This document shows positions 1 to 13,540 of a stretch of 64,000 nucleotides of DNA, in pieces. Position numbers and translations under genes: made by a program. How positions within the stretch are numbered: the stretch's first letter is position 1; each line of letters starts with the position of its first letter. The notes beneath the pieces are model-generated. The model did no database searches. It worked only from the letters and a program-made list of their open reading frames with translations, and was not told where the DNA came from. The stretch is from Chlorokybus atmophyticus (taxonomy: Eukaryota; Plantae; Mesostigma and Chlorokybus algae). The DNA is taken from the NCBI GenBank assembly GCA_009103225.1, contig RHPI01001507.1, positions 686,151 to 750,150 on the forward strand, given 5' to 3'.

Positions 1-1756
1 GGACATACTCTACTGTGCACCATGCACTTACAGTTTACTCTGGCGGGCGTAGCGACAAGCGTACGTGTGCCACCAGTGGATGAGTCTCCTGACGCCATGT
101 TGCCTTCATCGGCCAGATCAACGCTGAGTTTTGCAATGCACGATTGTTCTTTGAATCGGAGCTGTGTTTAGAAACTGCATGCAAGTTGTATTCAGAGTTG
201 CCCCTTACAGACTGCAGGTGCACAGTTAGCCGCCAGCAGTAAGGCGTGTAAATATGAGCCGTTTGCGTGCAACCACCAAGAAATTGAACCCGAAAGCAAG
301 ACCGTCTCGTGACGCGCATTCAACTTGCTCTTGAAGACTGCAAGCGCAGAATGCCTGTGCAAGGAGACACCATTGATCAAGTATGTCTTGACTGTGGACA
401 CTGCTTAGAAAGTGTTGGCTGCAACCAAATAAGCCACTAATTATTTATCTGGATGCAGTTGAACCCATATGCATGCACCTTGAACTGTGCATCAGAGAAG
501 GTCCAGCCCTTCTCTATTGAACAATTGCTTGATGTCAACCCACTGCACACACAGTTGAGAACAGCATGACCAGAGGGCTGAGCACGAAAGCTTTGTTAGC
601 AAAGACAACCGCACGTGTTGATCCTGTGCAAGTCACATGAAGTGCTGCGGCGGTGTGCTCGCTTGCATAATCGGGAGGTCAAGTTGCATTCCGCGTAAGC
701 ATACTGGCAGCATCTCCAACGTGACAACTGCCATCATAGCAACGTGTTAGCAGTCTCTCGGTCATCTGGCGTACGTGTGACGGCTTGCAAACAAGAATAC
801 AACTCGCCCACAGAAGAGATGAGTGAAACAAACATGGCATCAAGCAAAGGGTAGCAGAAACACTGGTGCTGAACAGCTGACGGCACATGTGCAGCATCTT
901 GCCTAAGCGTCGAAAGTCGGGAGCAGCACAGAAACATAGCCAGATATTACCCACTCAATGCTTGCAAGCACGGCCTGGAGAGCAGTGTGTGTTACTCGGT
1001 CAACATGACATGTCTTACTTTGCAGCTGCCGGTAACGCTTGTGCTGTGGTTAGGAGCAAAGCACAGAGCACGCACCTACACCGTTTTGCCAACTTGACCA
1101 ACGCAGAGCCATCGGCAATTGACACTGTTCCTAACTACGACATCACAAATCAGCAGCGTGAGCATACTGACGTATGGTGTTCTAGTTGTACATCTAGGAA
1201 TGCGCACCAGGCTGCTTGCTAGAGTCCAACCCGTTTCCTGTATGGAACTGCACCAATGGGTAAAGTAACATCCTCCCCTGCGCAATGCAGGTGTTGGGGC
1301 AGCTATGTAAGCAATGCTGACGACAGGTAGCTAGTGGTGAACCATAGTGTCAGGGTGGATAAGCTGTACACGAAACTGAACGATGAAACTTTTCATCCCA
1401 GCGGCGAACTGAAGGCAATTCTCAATACTTGAAATTCCACTCCTGGTGCAACCAGCTGCAGCGACGTGAAGGATACTGTTGCGCATTGTTTGTGCATGCA
1501 TGTCAAGGTTTGCTACAAGAGGAAAGAACTACTCAAACTCCGCCTATGTTTGCTGAGTGATCGCACGTCCCATTGTCAGCGACTGCATGCAGCTGCATGT
1601 CAAGTAGTTGCTGCAACATTGAAGCATTGACTTTGCTAGTTTCACGCACGCAGACGTAGTTGCAACCGGTACAGTAGCGTATCCTGATGTGCACAACGCT
1701 GCAGCATGTGCTGAACATGCCTACTGCAAGAGAGGTCGGAAGGGCCTTCTGCAAGA

Positions 1757-2266
<510 letters not shown>

Positions 2267-3632
2267 GCTCTCGCTCTCGAGCGCGCGCGTATCTCTCTTG
2301 CGTGTTCAACCAGTTCGTACCGGACCAGCACACATACGCAAACATGCACACACACGTACGTGCGAACGCACTCGCACTTGCAAATGCGCCTGCGTGCGCA
2401 CTCCCTTGCATGACGCACACGCAGGCGGCGGCAGTTAATGATATGGCGACCTTGTAGCACCCTTGAGCACCACGCGGGTACATATACACATCATCGTTAT
2501 CAGCATGGTGGTTGCTGTTGTGACAATCACCCTTGTCACAACAGCAACCACCATTGTTGTTGTTGGTGCTGCTGCTGCTGATGATGATGATGCTTGTGCG
2601 TACAGTTTTCACAGAGCCAGCTATTCTCAGCACTCCCTGGTCCTGCTTCAACTTGCTGGCTGGCAAAAACGTGAGCACGAGGATGTGGGCAAGGTGGAGG
2701 GGTATCGCAAGGCTCTGCGGAAGGCTGCCATGGATTGTCGTGGCCTATGGGGTGCAAAGCTTGCAGCCGCCCGCCAAAACGATACAACTATTACCTTGAG
2801 TTGGCGTGGGCGTGAATTGACTGGTATTTGCATGCGAATTTTCGTGCTGACCAGCCCACGTAGCTGGCGCTCCCCCTGCCAGTATGCACACATGCTTGCA
2901 CAGGCACACGTAGACCGTATGCAAAGCGCTGCAGGGAATGCAAGACTGTGTCACACGGTGGTGCCTCCCCCAACATGCGCACATGCACCGTGCATGGTTG
3001 TGGCGTGTGACACACACTAATCAGGAAAAGCAGCAACTGCCAGCAGTGCTACCAGCAGCTGCTATGACAGCAGTGCTGTTATCCATACATGCACGTACAT
3101 CATGCGTCCATGCATGTGTGCGTCCGTATTCTTGCCAGCAGCTGCCGCTGGCAAGGACACTCATATGCACGCAGCGCCTGCCGAGCGCCTATCATAGGTA
3201 CAGGAGTCCTGTACCTCACGAATGCGCATGAACCACTTGCTAGGCGCACACATATGCAAGTATGTGTGCGCATATGCACTCACCATCTCACTCACTCTGA
3301 CATCTCCTGCTACCTGCTAACGCAACCTGCTCATGCAAGAATGCACGCGGACCACCACCATCTTCTGCTGCACATCACATGCGCACACATGCAGATACTC
3401 AGTTGCAAGCGCGCATGCACGCATTCCCTTTATGCAGATAGGCACGCACGCATGCTCGCACACCAATCCAAACAGGCTATATGTCTGCGTTCGCCAAGTT
3501 CATGTGTAATGAAGGACAACTGGTACTTGCATTGGCGTCAGAGTAGCAGCCGCTAGACTTGCGTCTCTGTTTATGGCCACTACATGACGGTCTCTAGGAC
3601 ATGTGTCCTGAAGAACAACTCCTGGTTCCTGC

Positions 3633-3830
3633 CTTGGCTGTAGTAGAGGCCACTGGACTTGTTTTGCGACCTCAAGCAAAGTGGGAGCAGAGCTGTGTGC
3701 CCAGTCATTTGCAATGCAGACAACAGCCTCACCTGCAGTACGGTAAAGTGGAGTTCGCAAGCGAGTGTTCTCAGAGACAACTTGTTGAACAACCACACAT
3801 ACACGCGCATGTACACACTTACCAATTCGG
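3633..3830 (-). pseudogene. Inverted decayed copy of GBSS exon 6 plus preceding intron
   Basis: Minus strand 3732->3633 reads gtgaggctgttgtctgcattgcaaatgactgggcacacagctctgctcccact...ccaag|gcagg. It aligns to GBSS exon 6 (8979-9079: gtgaggatgttgtcttcattgcgaatgactggcacacagctctgctgccact...gcaaag|gcaag) with a 1-bp insertion. The AG acceptor and GC donor are retained, and the upstream intron is also similar. Confidence 0.8.
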
Positions 3831-4065
3831 CGGCAGCCTTTGCCAGCAACCAACAGCTTTCCTCCCGCAGTGTCTTGCTTCAAAGCTATAGCTACCGGCA
3901 GCGCTTACCCCTTCCCAATCACTAACACAACATAACGCTCAACGTAGATTATCTCAAGTTGACATAACACTGTTGGCTGATCGCGCCTCACGTGCCTCTG
4001 TCAGCTCAAGTTGCCAGCGAATATAATCTGGAAACCGTTTGTGCCAGGAGGCTGCAGGGCACGCC

Positions 4066-4225
4066 TGAGGGCTGTTGAGGCTGCCATGCCAACTGCATGC
4101 TGACGACAGAACAACACACGGTCCAGCACGTAGTCTCTGCATGTAAACGCCCTGCCCCATGCTGCCACCGGCCACGTGCTTTCGCTCCACTTCTGTAAAT
4201 CTAGTTGCTAGCTGCTTGGAGCGTG
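4066..4225 (-). repeat. Inverted partial copy of 5690-5850 (mTERF-like remnant 3' part)
   Basis: The reverse complement of 4066-4225 aligns to 5690-5850 (TRSKQLATRFTEVERK vs TRSKRLAAEFTEVERS; catggcagcctcaacagccc shared). Confidence 0.8.
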
Positions 4226-4659
4226 TTGCACACAAGTGGTAAGCTCCGTGCATGCACTCCAAGCAGTCGCGTCAAGCAGGTTGAAAACGTGGCTGGGAGT
4301 CGCACATCGGTCAGTTACAGTTTGCAGATGGCTTGTCACCCAGCAACGAGCAGCAGTTGCATGTGGCAACTCAGGCTCAAGCACGCCTGCCGCTAACCAA
4401 CAATGGCAGGCTATGGTTGGCCAATGTTATGGTTAGTACTGGATAGCATTACGACGGCAACTGTACGTGCATGTGTGCATAAGCGCATGGCCATGTTACA
4501 GTAATGCATCACATTTTTCTGCCATGACACAATGCACACCATTCGCGGGCAAATGGACGCAGTGTGCTTCACTAGCACAGTGCTGATTGCAAGGCTCGGT
4601 CAGCTGCTGTTGAACTGTCAACTGCCCACTATCACTTCTGAAGTACTATAAACGTGCGA

Positions 4660-5886
4660 ACCCGACTTGGTAACTTGTGACTTTTCTGCAGTGCAGCAGT
4701 AATGTTGTCCCTAACGCGCGACACAAGAGCTGCCACAGTCAGCGTCGTTGCACCTGGCTTGCACAACTCCTTTTTACAGGTAAGGCAGCAGCTTGGCTGG
4801 TCGCAATCGACTTCATTCCAGCTGATGCTCTTCGCAACGCCTACCTGCAGGCAAGTGCAGTGCACCAGTTTGGCACAACTGTGGTCTGTGTGCAGCACAA
4901 CCACTCTTGATGATGCTGTTGACAAAAGCAACAAGGTGAGCTTCTGCTCCTCCCCTAATTCCATGCTGACGCTTGCTCTTTAGTTGGCGCTGCCCACTCA
5001 ACATTGTCTGTTTGGCCAGCCGCCGGTCAAACGGGTGGGCAGGGCTGGATTGCCCCCATGGTCAGAAACGCGAGCAGGAAGCTGTGCGCCGATTCTGGGA
5101 GGGGTTATCTCTTCCTCCGCAACAAGTGGCGTTGTTGACAGCCAAAGGCAAGTCCTTCTCACTTTACCGCAACACTATAGAGCTGGAGCGACGAGTCCAT
5201 GAGGTTTGTTGTGTCAACTATCTCAATGTCTGTTCAAGAGTGCTTGTGACAAACAGGTCGTGGAATTGCAGTTGTGAAAGCTGATTCCTGGTGCGAGCAC
5301 GAGACAAATGGCCCTTCCCGATCTTATACAGCGCGTTACAGAGAGTCTTGCAACCTGTCAAGGCTTAAAGCGCTTCTAAGCATTAGTGATCAGGACCTTT
5401 GCGTTATCCTGCGCGGTGCTCCTCATATATTCAGCTAGAAACCCGAGGTTGTGGCTGGAAAGTTTGCTGCCTGGCGGACGTTTCTGGCAGTCGATCACGC
5501 AGACATGGTCGCGGTTCTGAAAAGATGCCCGATATTAGTCTGCAGCAATGATGCTGCTGTGCGCAGCAAGCTTCAGACGTTTCTAGACGCCTTGGAGTCT
5601 CGCAGGCTGGGTGACAGGCGCCTTGCCATGCAGATTTTCATGTGCCATGCAGGAATTGTTGTCCGGTTGTCATGTGAGCAAATCAATCAAAACACGCTCC
5701 AAGCGACTAGCTGCTGAATTTACGGAGGTGGAGCGAAGCATGTGGCCAGTGTCTGCATGGCAACAAGCATTTACATGCAGTGACTACGTGCTTGACCGCT
5801 TGTTGTTTACCGACAACACGCTCTTCCCATGGCAGCCTCAACAGCCCCGTCCTGCTCTTCAACCTCCTGGCAACACAGGTTTCTAA
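4660..5886 (+). pseudogene. Degenerate spliced gene remnant, mTERF-like
   Basis: Exon-like blocks REQEAVRRFWEGLSLPPQQVALL and KPEVVAGKFAAWRTFL..ADMVAVLKRCPILVCSNDAAVRSKLQTFL resemble mTERF helical repeats. A frameshift lies near 5690. The family call is by eye only. Confidence 0.4.
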
Positions 5887-7751
5887 AGTTTGTTTGCTGG
5901 CAACATGAGGTTAAACAGGCACGTCAGGCACGATTATTCAGTAGTGATATATAGCCAACATCAAAAGTTGTATGAGGAGCTGGTACGCTACAGCATGGCA
6001 GCTCCACCCTGCTTGTTGACTGTGTACATGGGTAGAAGATTGACAAAAGGTTGATTTAAGCTGTCTCGAGGTTTTTGCACTTGGTGTTGGATGCTTTGCA
6101 GATAATTTCGCGCATGCTGCTTCTTCATGCACGCATTAGTGCGTGTCCGCATTGTGAGTCAATGCTTGGATTGGCGCATCAAACGAATGCCTTACAACAG
6201 CATTGTTGAGACTGGTTTACAATGTGCCTTTTTACTATTGTCATTGCTGCGCGAACCGCGCGCTATCCCAGGTCGACATCACAGACACCATGCACACACA
6301 TAGTGGAATCTCACATGCATAGATCACTTGCATATTCTGAACACTTTGAGAGTATGCATCCCAGCGAGCGTCATGCCTGCCTTGGTGCTCGGAAGGTCAG
6401 TATGCTACCGGTGAAAATTTCAACCAATGTAATAAAGAGCTACAAGTATCATAACACATGCAAGATTTATGTCAGCGCATAGATCACATAAAGAGCTGCA
6501 CTAGGCACGCTCGAGAAATGTGTATATTAGATGCAAGCGCACAAGGTCAAGCAAACTCACATAGCACATCACGAAGCAAACAACATACGCCAATCTTTTT
6601 TTAACAGAGCAATATAATAAAGCACATCATCATGCACAATATATGTGACATTTGTATGTGAATCATTGCTCTTGGTCACACATTAGCATATCAGCGAGTA
6701 TATCAACAATGTTGACACTCTTTGGATCTTAAATTGTCACCTTTGTATGTCGTCATCGTCAACGCCAGTACATCATGTTATCGTACCTTTTATATAATCT
6801 TTGCGAATGTATTATATAACAACAATTATGATATAAGTGACGCAATTATAATAATCGAATAAGTAATGCAAGGTACGAGACAAGTGGCATCAAGTTGGAG
6901 TACATAATGCTGCTGGCCATGTATACCGTGTATAGTGAGAGAAATTGGAGTGCATCATCAGCAACAACACTGATCAGTCACCTATCCTGCCAAGAGTGTG
7001 ACTGCTGATCACTCATCATTAATCAGCAATGCGAGCGTCGAGCACTTCAACGGTCATTATTGATCACCGATCGTTCTGATCCACTGACGACACCAGACTA
7101 CTGATGACCAAAGGCCAGCCTGTGCGGCTGCCACCTGGCGCGCGCTACCTTACAACAGGCCTACTTGGCAGACTGGCAACACCGATCCACACAAGCTTAA
7201 TTTTACCTTTTTCAATAGAACTTAGAGCTTTCTGCCATACTGGAACATACCGTGCGCGGTCAAAGCTCGACAGATGAAGCGGCCTTATTTCACAAATCGA
7301 CCGGCAGGCGCGCTCCCGCGCTCGATGCTCTTCTTTTGCTGCAGCTGGCAAGGAGACCAGCGATGCCCAGCCGCGGCTCTGGCAGGCGAGTCGCAATGCG
7401 CGGCGCGGCTGATTCCCGGCTGGCACCACAGCCCTAAGCAAGTGCTCAGATCTTTTAGAGGCGTCGCGCACTGTGGTTCTTCTATTCTCCCTAGGCTTAG
7501 CCTGCGCCCGGGCATCCGCCACCGACCTGGTCGCAAGCCAGCCTCAAACTAACGGAATGCCCGTGCGCGGGAATCCAGCGTTAAACCGCACCGCGCATTA
7601 CAAGCCTGTCGATAGATAGAGCTCAATTGCCGATATCTAAAATAATACCGATTATGGCACTGATATACTTCTGCCACATAGCTATGCCGCGGCTTAGTTG
7701 GCGATGTGGCTGGCGGCATAGGTAGCGGCATAGGCTACGGCGGTGGCAGAG

Positions 7752-10700
7752 ATGGCGGCGTCTGTGGCATCAGCGGGAGTGTGGTTTGGAGTTGCTGTAG
7801 GTAGCAATGCAGCGGTGGCGAGCTCGTCTAAGCCCTCTACTCGTCGCCCGCAGCAGCAGCAGCAACCTGCTGCATTCAATGGGCTGCGCTCCGGGCGGCG
7901 GGCATTGCCTACTTCCTCCTCCTCCTCTTCCTCCTCCGTGGCGGCGGTCACGCTTGAGGAGAAGATCAGCCAGCATGCCCGTAGCCGCACCACCACCTCC
8001 TCACCCTCCTCAAAGCAGCCCACCCGCTGCGGCATGAACATTGTCTTCGTCTCCGCTGAGGTCGCCCCATGGAGCAAGACAGGCGGCCTAGGCGACGTCC
8101 TGGGAGGCCTCCCCGCCGCCCTCGCTGTAAGCATGCATGTGATGCAGATTTAGCTGCACTCACAAGTAAATATTAGCTGAACACACCGACATTGTTGTAC
8201 CAGGCGCGAGGCCACCGTGTGATGACCATCTCACCACGCTATGATCAGTATAAGGACGCTTGGGACACTGACACTACAGCTGAGGTGAGTAGCTTGTTCA
8301 GTACCTGTTCAGATTGATTGAATGTGCTTTGTATTGTTAGCATTTGTGTAACGTGTGCTTGTGTGTGCAGGTTGATGTGGGCGGGAAAAAGGAAACAGTG
8401 CGCTTTTTCCACACATACAAGCGAGGTGTTGATCGCGTGTTTGTGGACCATGAGTGGTTCCTCTCGCGCGTAAGCAACATTCATGCATGTTGTGCTGGAA
8501 ACCAATGCATGCATGTGTGCTTGTGCGAGTGGGTGTGTGCTTACATACGTTGTTGTCACAACCAGGTGTGGGGTAAGACTGGGGGAAAGATTTACGGCGA
8601 GCGCACGGGTGTGGATTACACTGATAACCAGCTGCGCTTCAGCCTGTTTGCTCAGGTTAACATACACAAATACACATTGCACACATACATACACATGAAC
8701 GCTAGCACGCTGCATCAGCATTGCATGTGCACATAAATGCGGTTCCAAAAGTGTGTGGCTCACTCCTGCTGAACACAACTGTCTTTTAGGCTGCATTGAA
8801 GGCGCCTCTTGTTCTCAACCTAGACACCAGCAAGGATTACTCTGGCCCCTATGGTGAGTGTGTATGTGTACGCATGCGTGCCTGCGTGCGTGGTTGGGGG
8901 TGGCACACCTCGGGTGGGTGGGTTAGTGCGTGTGCTCTTGTCACAGGGAATATTCACCTGTATAACTTCTCATTGTAGGTGAGGATGTTGTCTTCATTGC
9001 GAATGACTGGCACACAGCTCTGCTGCCACTCTACATGAAGTCGCAGTACAAGCCCATCGGCCGCTACTCTGACGCAAAGGCAAGCAACACTTTTGTGGAG
9101 CAGTGGTGTAGTACACTCTCCACATACACGCATGCAACCACACAAACATAAACATGATGCAAGCATGCGTGCACACGTTGGTGGGTCACATGTGTGCAAA
9201 TCGCACACACACAGGCAGGCACGGCCTGCACACGCAGACGTACACACATCTGCGCGGATATGCGAGCATGTCTGTTTGCTCTGTTGTTACAGATGCACGG
9301 ACATGCGTATGCCGATGCACACATGCATGCACACGCATACACGCACACACTAACACACGAACACGCACGCGCTCACCCTCTCCCTCCCCTCCAGGTGATC
9401 TTCTGCGTCCACAACGTGGCCTACCAGGGCCGTTTCGCCCTCTCCGACTTCTCTTTGCTCGGCCTCCCCTCCTCCTTCCGCCCTTCCTTCCACTTTGTCG
9501 ACGGCTACGAGAAGCCCGTGAAGGGTCCCAAGATCAACTGGATGAAGGCCGGGTTCCTGGAAGCCGACAAGGTCATGACGGTGTCGCCGAACTACGCCGA
9601 GGAGATGCTGAGCGGGCCTGAGAGGGGAGTGGAACTGGATGACGTGCTGAAGACAGTGGATGTGAAGGGGATTATTAATGGGATGGACATACAGGTGGGT
9701 GGGTGGGTGAGTGTGTGTGGGTGTGTATGCGGGTGTGAGTGTGTTGCTCTGCATGTGCGTTGCACGCTTGTGCATGTGCGTGCATGTGGCATGTGGTACT
9801 AATGTGTGTGTATTCGTGTGGGTGTATACGCCTGTTTTATGTGGGGTCATTACAATATGTGTGCACATGTATCTCTCTTGTTGTTTTAGTTTCAGTGGTT
9901 GTGTCTCACACAGCTTGTCTATGTGGCTTTCTGTTCAGGAGTGGGATCCGGCCACAGACAAGTACCTGGACCAGAATTTTGACATCACCACCATTCAAGT
10001 GAAGGGTACACTCAAAGAGGCTCTTCAGGCAGAGGTATGCTGCATCAACACATTGTGTGTGACACACAGCTTGACCACGCAACAATGTGTCCTTCTCATC
10101 AACAGGTTGGCCTACCCGTTGATGCGAGCATCCCGCTGATGGGCTTCATCGGGCGGTTGGAAGAGCAGAAAGGGTCGGATATCTTGATGGAAGCTGTGCC
10201 GGAGCTCATGAAGGAGAAGTGCCAGGTGAGAGAGTGTGTGTGTGTGTGTATGTTGTGTCGGGATGTTGGATCAGTCTGGGTCATTACTAGCCAAGTGTGT
10301 CTGTCAGTGGACTTGGGGTTGATTGTTGCACTTTGCAGCTTGTTGTGCTGGGTACTGGTAAGGCCAAGTTTGAGAAGCAGCTGGAGGAGCTTGAAGAGAA
10401 GTACCCTGACCAGGTACGTGCGTGTGTGGGTGGGTGGGTGGGTGGATGTGATCAAGGTTGTGTCAACACCACATGAAACTGTGCTGTCTTGCAGGCACGG
10501 GGAGTGGTGAAGTTCTCCGTGCCCCTCGCACACATGATCACCGGGGGTAAGGGCTGCATCACTACCATGCGCACGTGCGCATACATGCTCATGCACACTT
10601 ATGCACCCGCATGCACCCTCACACGTGCCGCCATCTGCGCGCGCACGCACAGGTGTCTGTACACGTATATGAGCACACACACGCCCACCCGCAAACCCAC

Positions 10701-11588
10701 CCGCACACGCACGCACACTCCTGTATGCTTATCACTGACCCCTCCCGCGCAGGTGCCGACTACATGCTCGTCCCCTCCCGTTTCGAGCCCTGCGGTCTGA
10801 TCCAGCTCCACGCCATGCGTTACGGCACGATCCCCGTCGTCGCCACAACAGGTGGACTTGCCGACACGGTGCGCGAGGGCGTGACAGGTTTCCAGATGGG
10901 TTGCTTCGATGTCGATTGCGAGACGGTGAATCCGGAAGACGTGGAGGCGATCGTGGAAGCGACCAAGAGAGCGCTGTCGGTGTTTGGGACGAAGCAGTTT
11001 GAAAGGATGAGATACGCGTGCATGAATCAGGACCTGTCGTGGAAGGTGCGTGTATAAGTGTGCGGTTTGCGAGCGTATACGTGTGCGTGTGCATGTATAT
11101 GCATGCCCACGTGGCATGCCCACGTGGGCATGCATATACAAGCATGCACACGCATGCTTGCAAACTGCACTTGTGCAAGCGCGCATGCGTGTGTGCTCGT
11201 GTGCGATGCACGTGCCTGTTCGCATGTGTGTGCACATGCGCGTATGCGTGTGCGTGTGCATGCGCATTTGCTTTTGTGCTTGCCCNGCCCCCCCCCCCCT
11301 TCCCTCTCCCTCATGTGCATGTGTGTGTGCGTGCGTGTATGTGAACATTCAATCACTAACGCGCACACATGATGTGCGCATGTATGTACCTGTGCACGTG
11401 CGCGCGTGTCTGTTCTCTTCCTTTTTGGGAGCAGCGCTGAGTTGTGTTCTGTTGTTCAGGGACCTGCCAAGGATTGGGAGCAGACTCTGCTGGACATGCT
11501 GCACCCGCCACAGAAGCGTGCTGCACAGGTGGGGCTGGATAAGGACGAGGTGGGCCCGCGCGCAAAGGAGAACATTGCCACACCTTGA
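7752..11588 (+). CDS. GBSS: Granule-bound starch synthase (GT5), 13 exons, with transit peptide
   Basis: Exons 7752-8126, 8204-8284, 8371-8469, 8566-8655, 8790-8853, 8979-9079, 9395-9694, 9939-10034, 10106-10225, 10339-10413, 10495-10546, 10753-11045, 11460-11588. Motifs include [67 protein letters not shown] and the C-terminal AKENIATP. Confidence 0.97.
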
Positions 11589-13540
11589 ACACGACACACA
11601 CTTAAACACGCACAGTCACGAGTGTGTGATGCACTCAATCGAGTGGGCTTCTAGTTCAGTCTACCACATTTTACCACATTTTAGTATGATGCAGAGAGTG
11701 CATCTGTATGTAGCCTTAGTGTAAAGCACACACCCACATTGTTTTGAGAGTGGGTGAGAGGGTTGTGAAGGTTTGACTTTGTTTGTACGCACAGTTGGGG
11801 TTTTGCCCCTGTGCATACAAACGTTTCGCCACAAGTAAATTGTTGACAATGTGAGTTATATCCAATTCAGGTAGTCGATGTGTTAGCATCATCCCAATTG
11901 TGTGGGATGATGTGTTTTGAGAGATGATTTGCTGGCTTGTAGAACCGGCATTGGGGACGGAGTGCTATGCGCAACATCTGCTCTACTTGATAGTCTTGAA
12001 AAACCTGCTTCCATTAGAGATATGTTCAGTTGCTATACATTTCAGACCGCGGCAATCTGTATGATGGAGATCGTGAGGAACAAGCAAGCTTCTATGGAAC
12101 ACTTGGTTGTCGAGTATCACAGTGTGGAGACGGTTGTAACCTTTCCAATGGATATGCGGTAGACACTGTTGGTGCTTGCGTGTGTGGCAGCGTGCGTCAA
12201 TCACTGCAATCAACAACGGCATTGCTGACAACAACTACAACAGTATCGACACAACAACAACAACAACCACAAATGCAAGAGTGGTCCAGCCGTCCTGCGT
12301 GGTGTGTTGTGATGCCATCGCCATCACAACGCTGCTCGCGCCCAACGCCAACATCATGCTGAGTTTCGGGCGAGAGCGCATCGCGTAGGCGCTGTCTGTA
12401 CAAGCCACTTGGCAAACCAGTCAAGTAATCTTTACAGTATGTTGACATTTAATCCTTATTGACTTTTACCGCATGGAAACTGTTTGCCAAATTCCAGTTG
12501 GGAACCAGCTGTTCATGTCATCATATGGCCCGCACATCACGTGTACTCCAAGTTGGAGTACACGTCACCCATCAATAGGCTGTGCCACGCATGCGCAAAC
12601 ATGCGGATGTAAACACTCCAGCCAGGCCAGCAAAGAAACATCATTATCAAGCTACGTACACTTGAGGGCTAACTAGGTAGGGACCTTCTGCAAGCTAAGT
12701 GCAAGCAGCGGCAGCAGGGGCGTTTGACCGGCTGACGATACAGCAGCACACGCAGGTTGACGCTGACGTTAATGTGGCGCAGTACGTGCAGTGCTGCCGC
12801 CGTGTTGGCTCTATCAATAAAAGTATGATAACAATAACAACGACGACGATGTGAATGTAAACTTGACCGCTGTCGCCACCATTGCACGTGCACTAATCAG
12901 TTCTGAGAGCTTGCAGGCCACTTAAGTATTGCCGCATGAGAGTTAGAGAGCATGTTGTGACACAACTCTGTCGACGTTCTGTTGTACACACAGCAACAAC
13001 AACAACAACAACAACAATGTCACTCGGTTGCGGCTACGGCGTGTTATCCAACCACACGTCGCAAGTTGTGTCGGCGGCACATACCCACGCATGCTTGATG
13101 AAGCGAACCTGGCTCAGAATGTCAACAAACTAGTATCGATGTTGGCTTCGACGCAATAACTCCTTCCCAGACGCAATCGCCAAGTGGTTGGTATGGAAGA
13201 CATATGTGCTCTGCTAGTCCAAGAGTTGGCACCCGCCATAGCCGTGTGGCGTATCAGAAGATGCTGACATGCAAAGCGCCATCGCCAGATACAATAGTGG
13301 TGCACAGGCTGCATACCGCACAGCTGGCAAGTAGCATCTCAAACCAGCACATGGTCAATATACCCAATATGCCTACACAACCCTATATGAGCATCTTATC
13401 TGTGCACACACCAATACAATCCCTAACCCCTGACCCCTAGCTAGCCCCCGTATATACCATACACTGCACTACAGAGCGCAACTCGATTGCATCATGGAGC
13501 CTTATCACCCCCATGTAACCCACACATACCCACATCTACC

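Noticed and set aside
7145-7536. ORFs of 83-125 aa upstream of GBSS
   Set aside because: No recognisable motif or splice support; this is GC-rich promoter-region sequence.
12283-12390. CVVCCDAIAITTLLAP resembling a C3HC4 RING start
   Set aside because: The downstream C/H ligands are missing and no gene model can be built.
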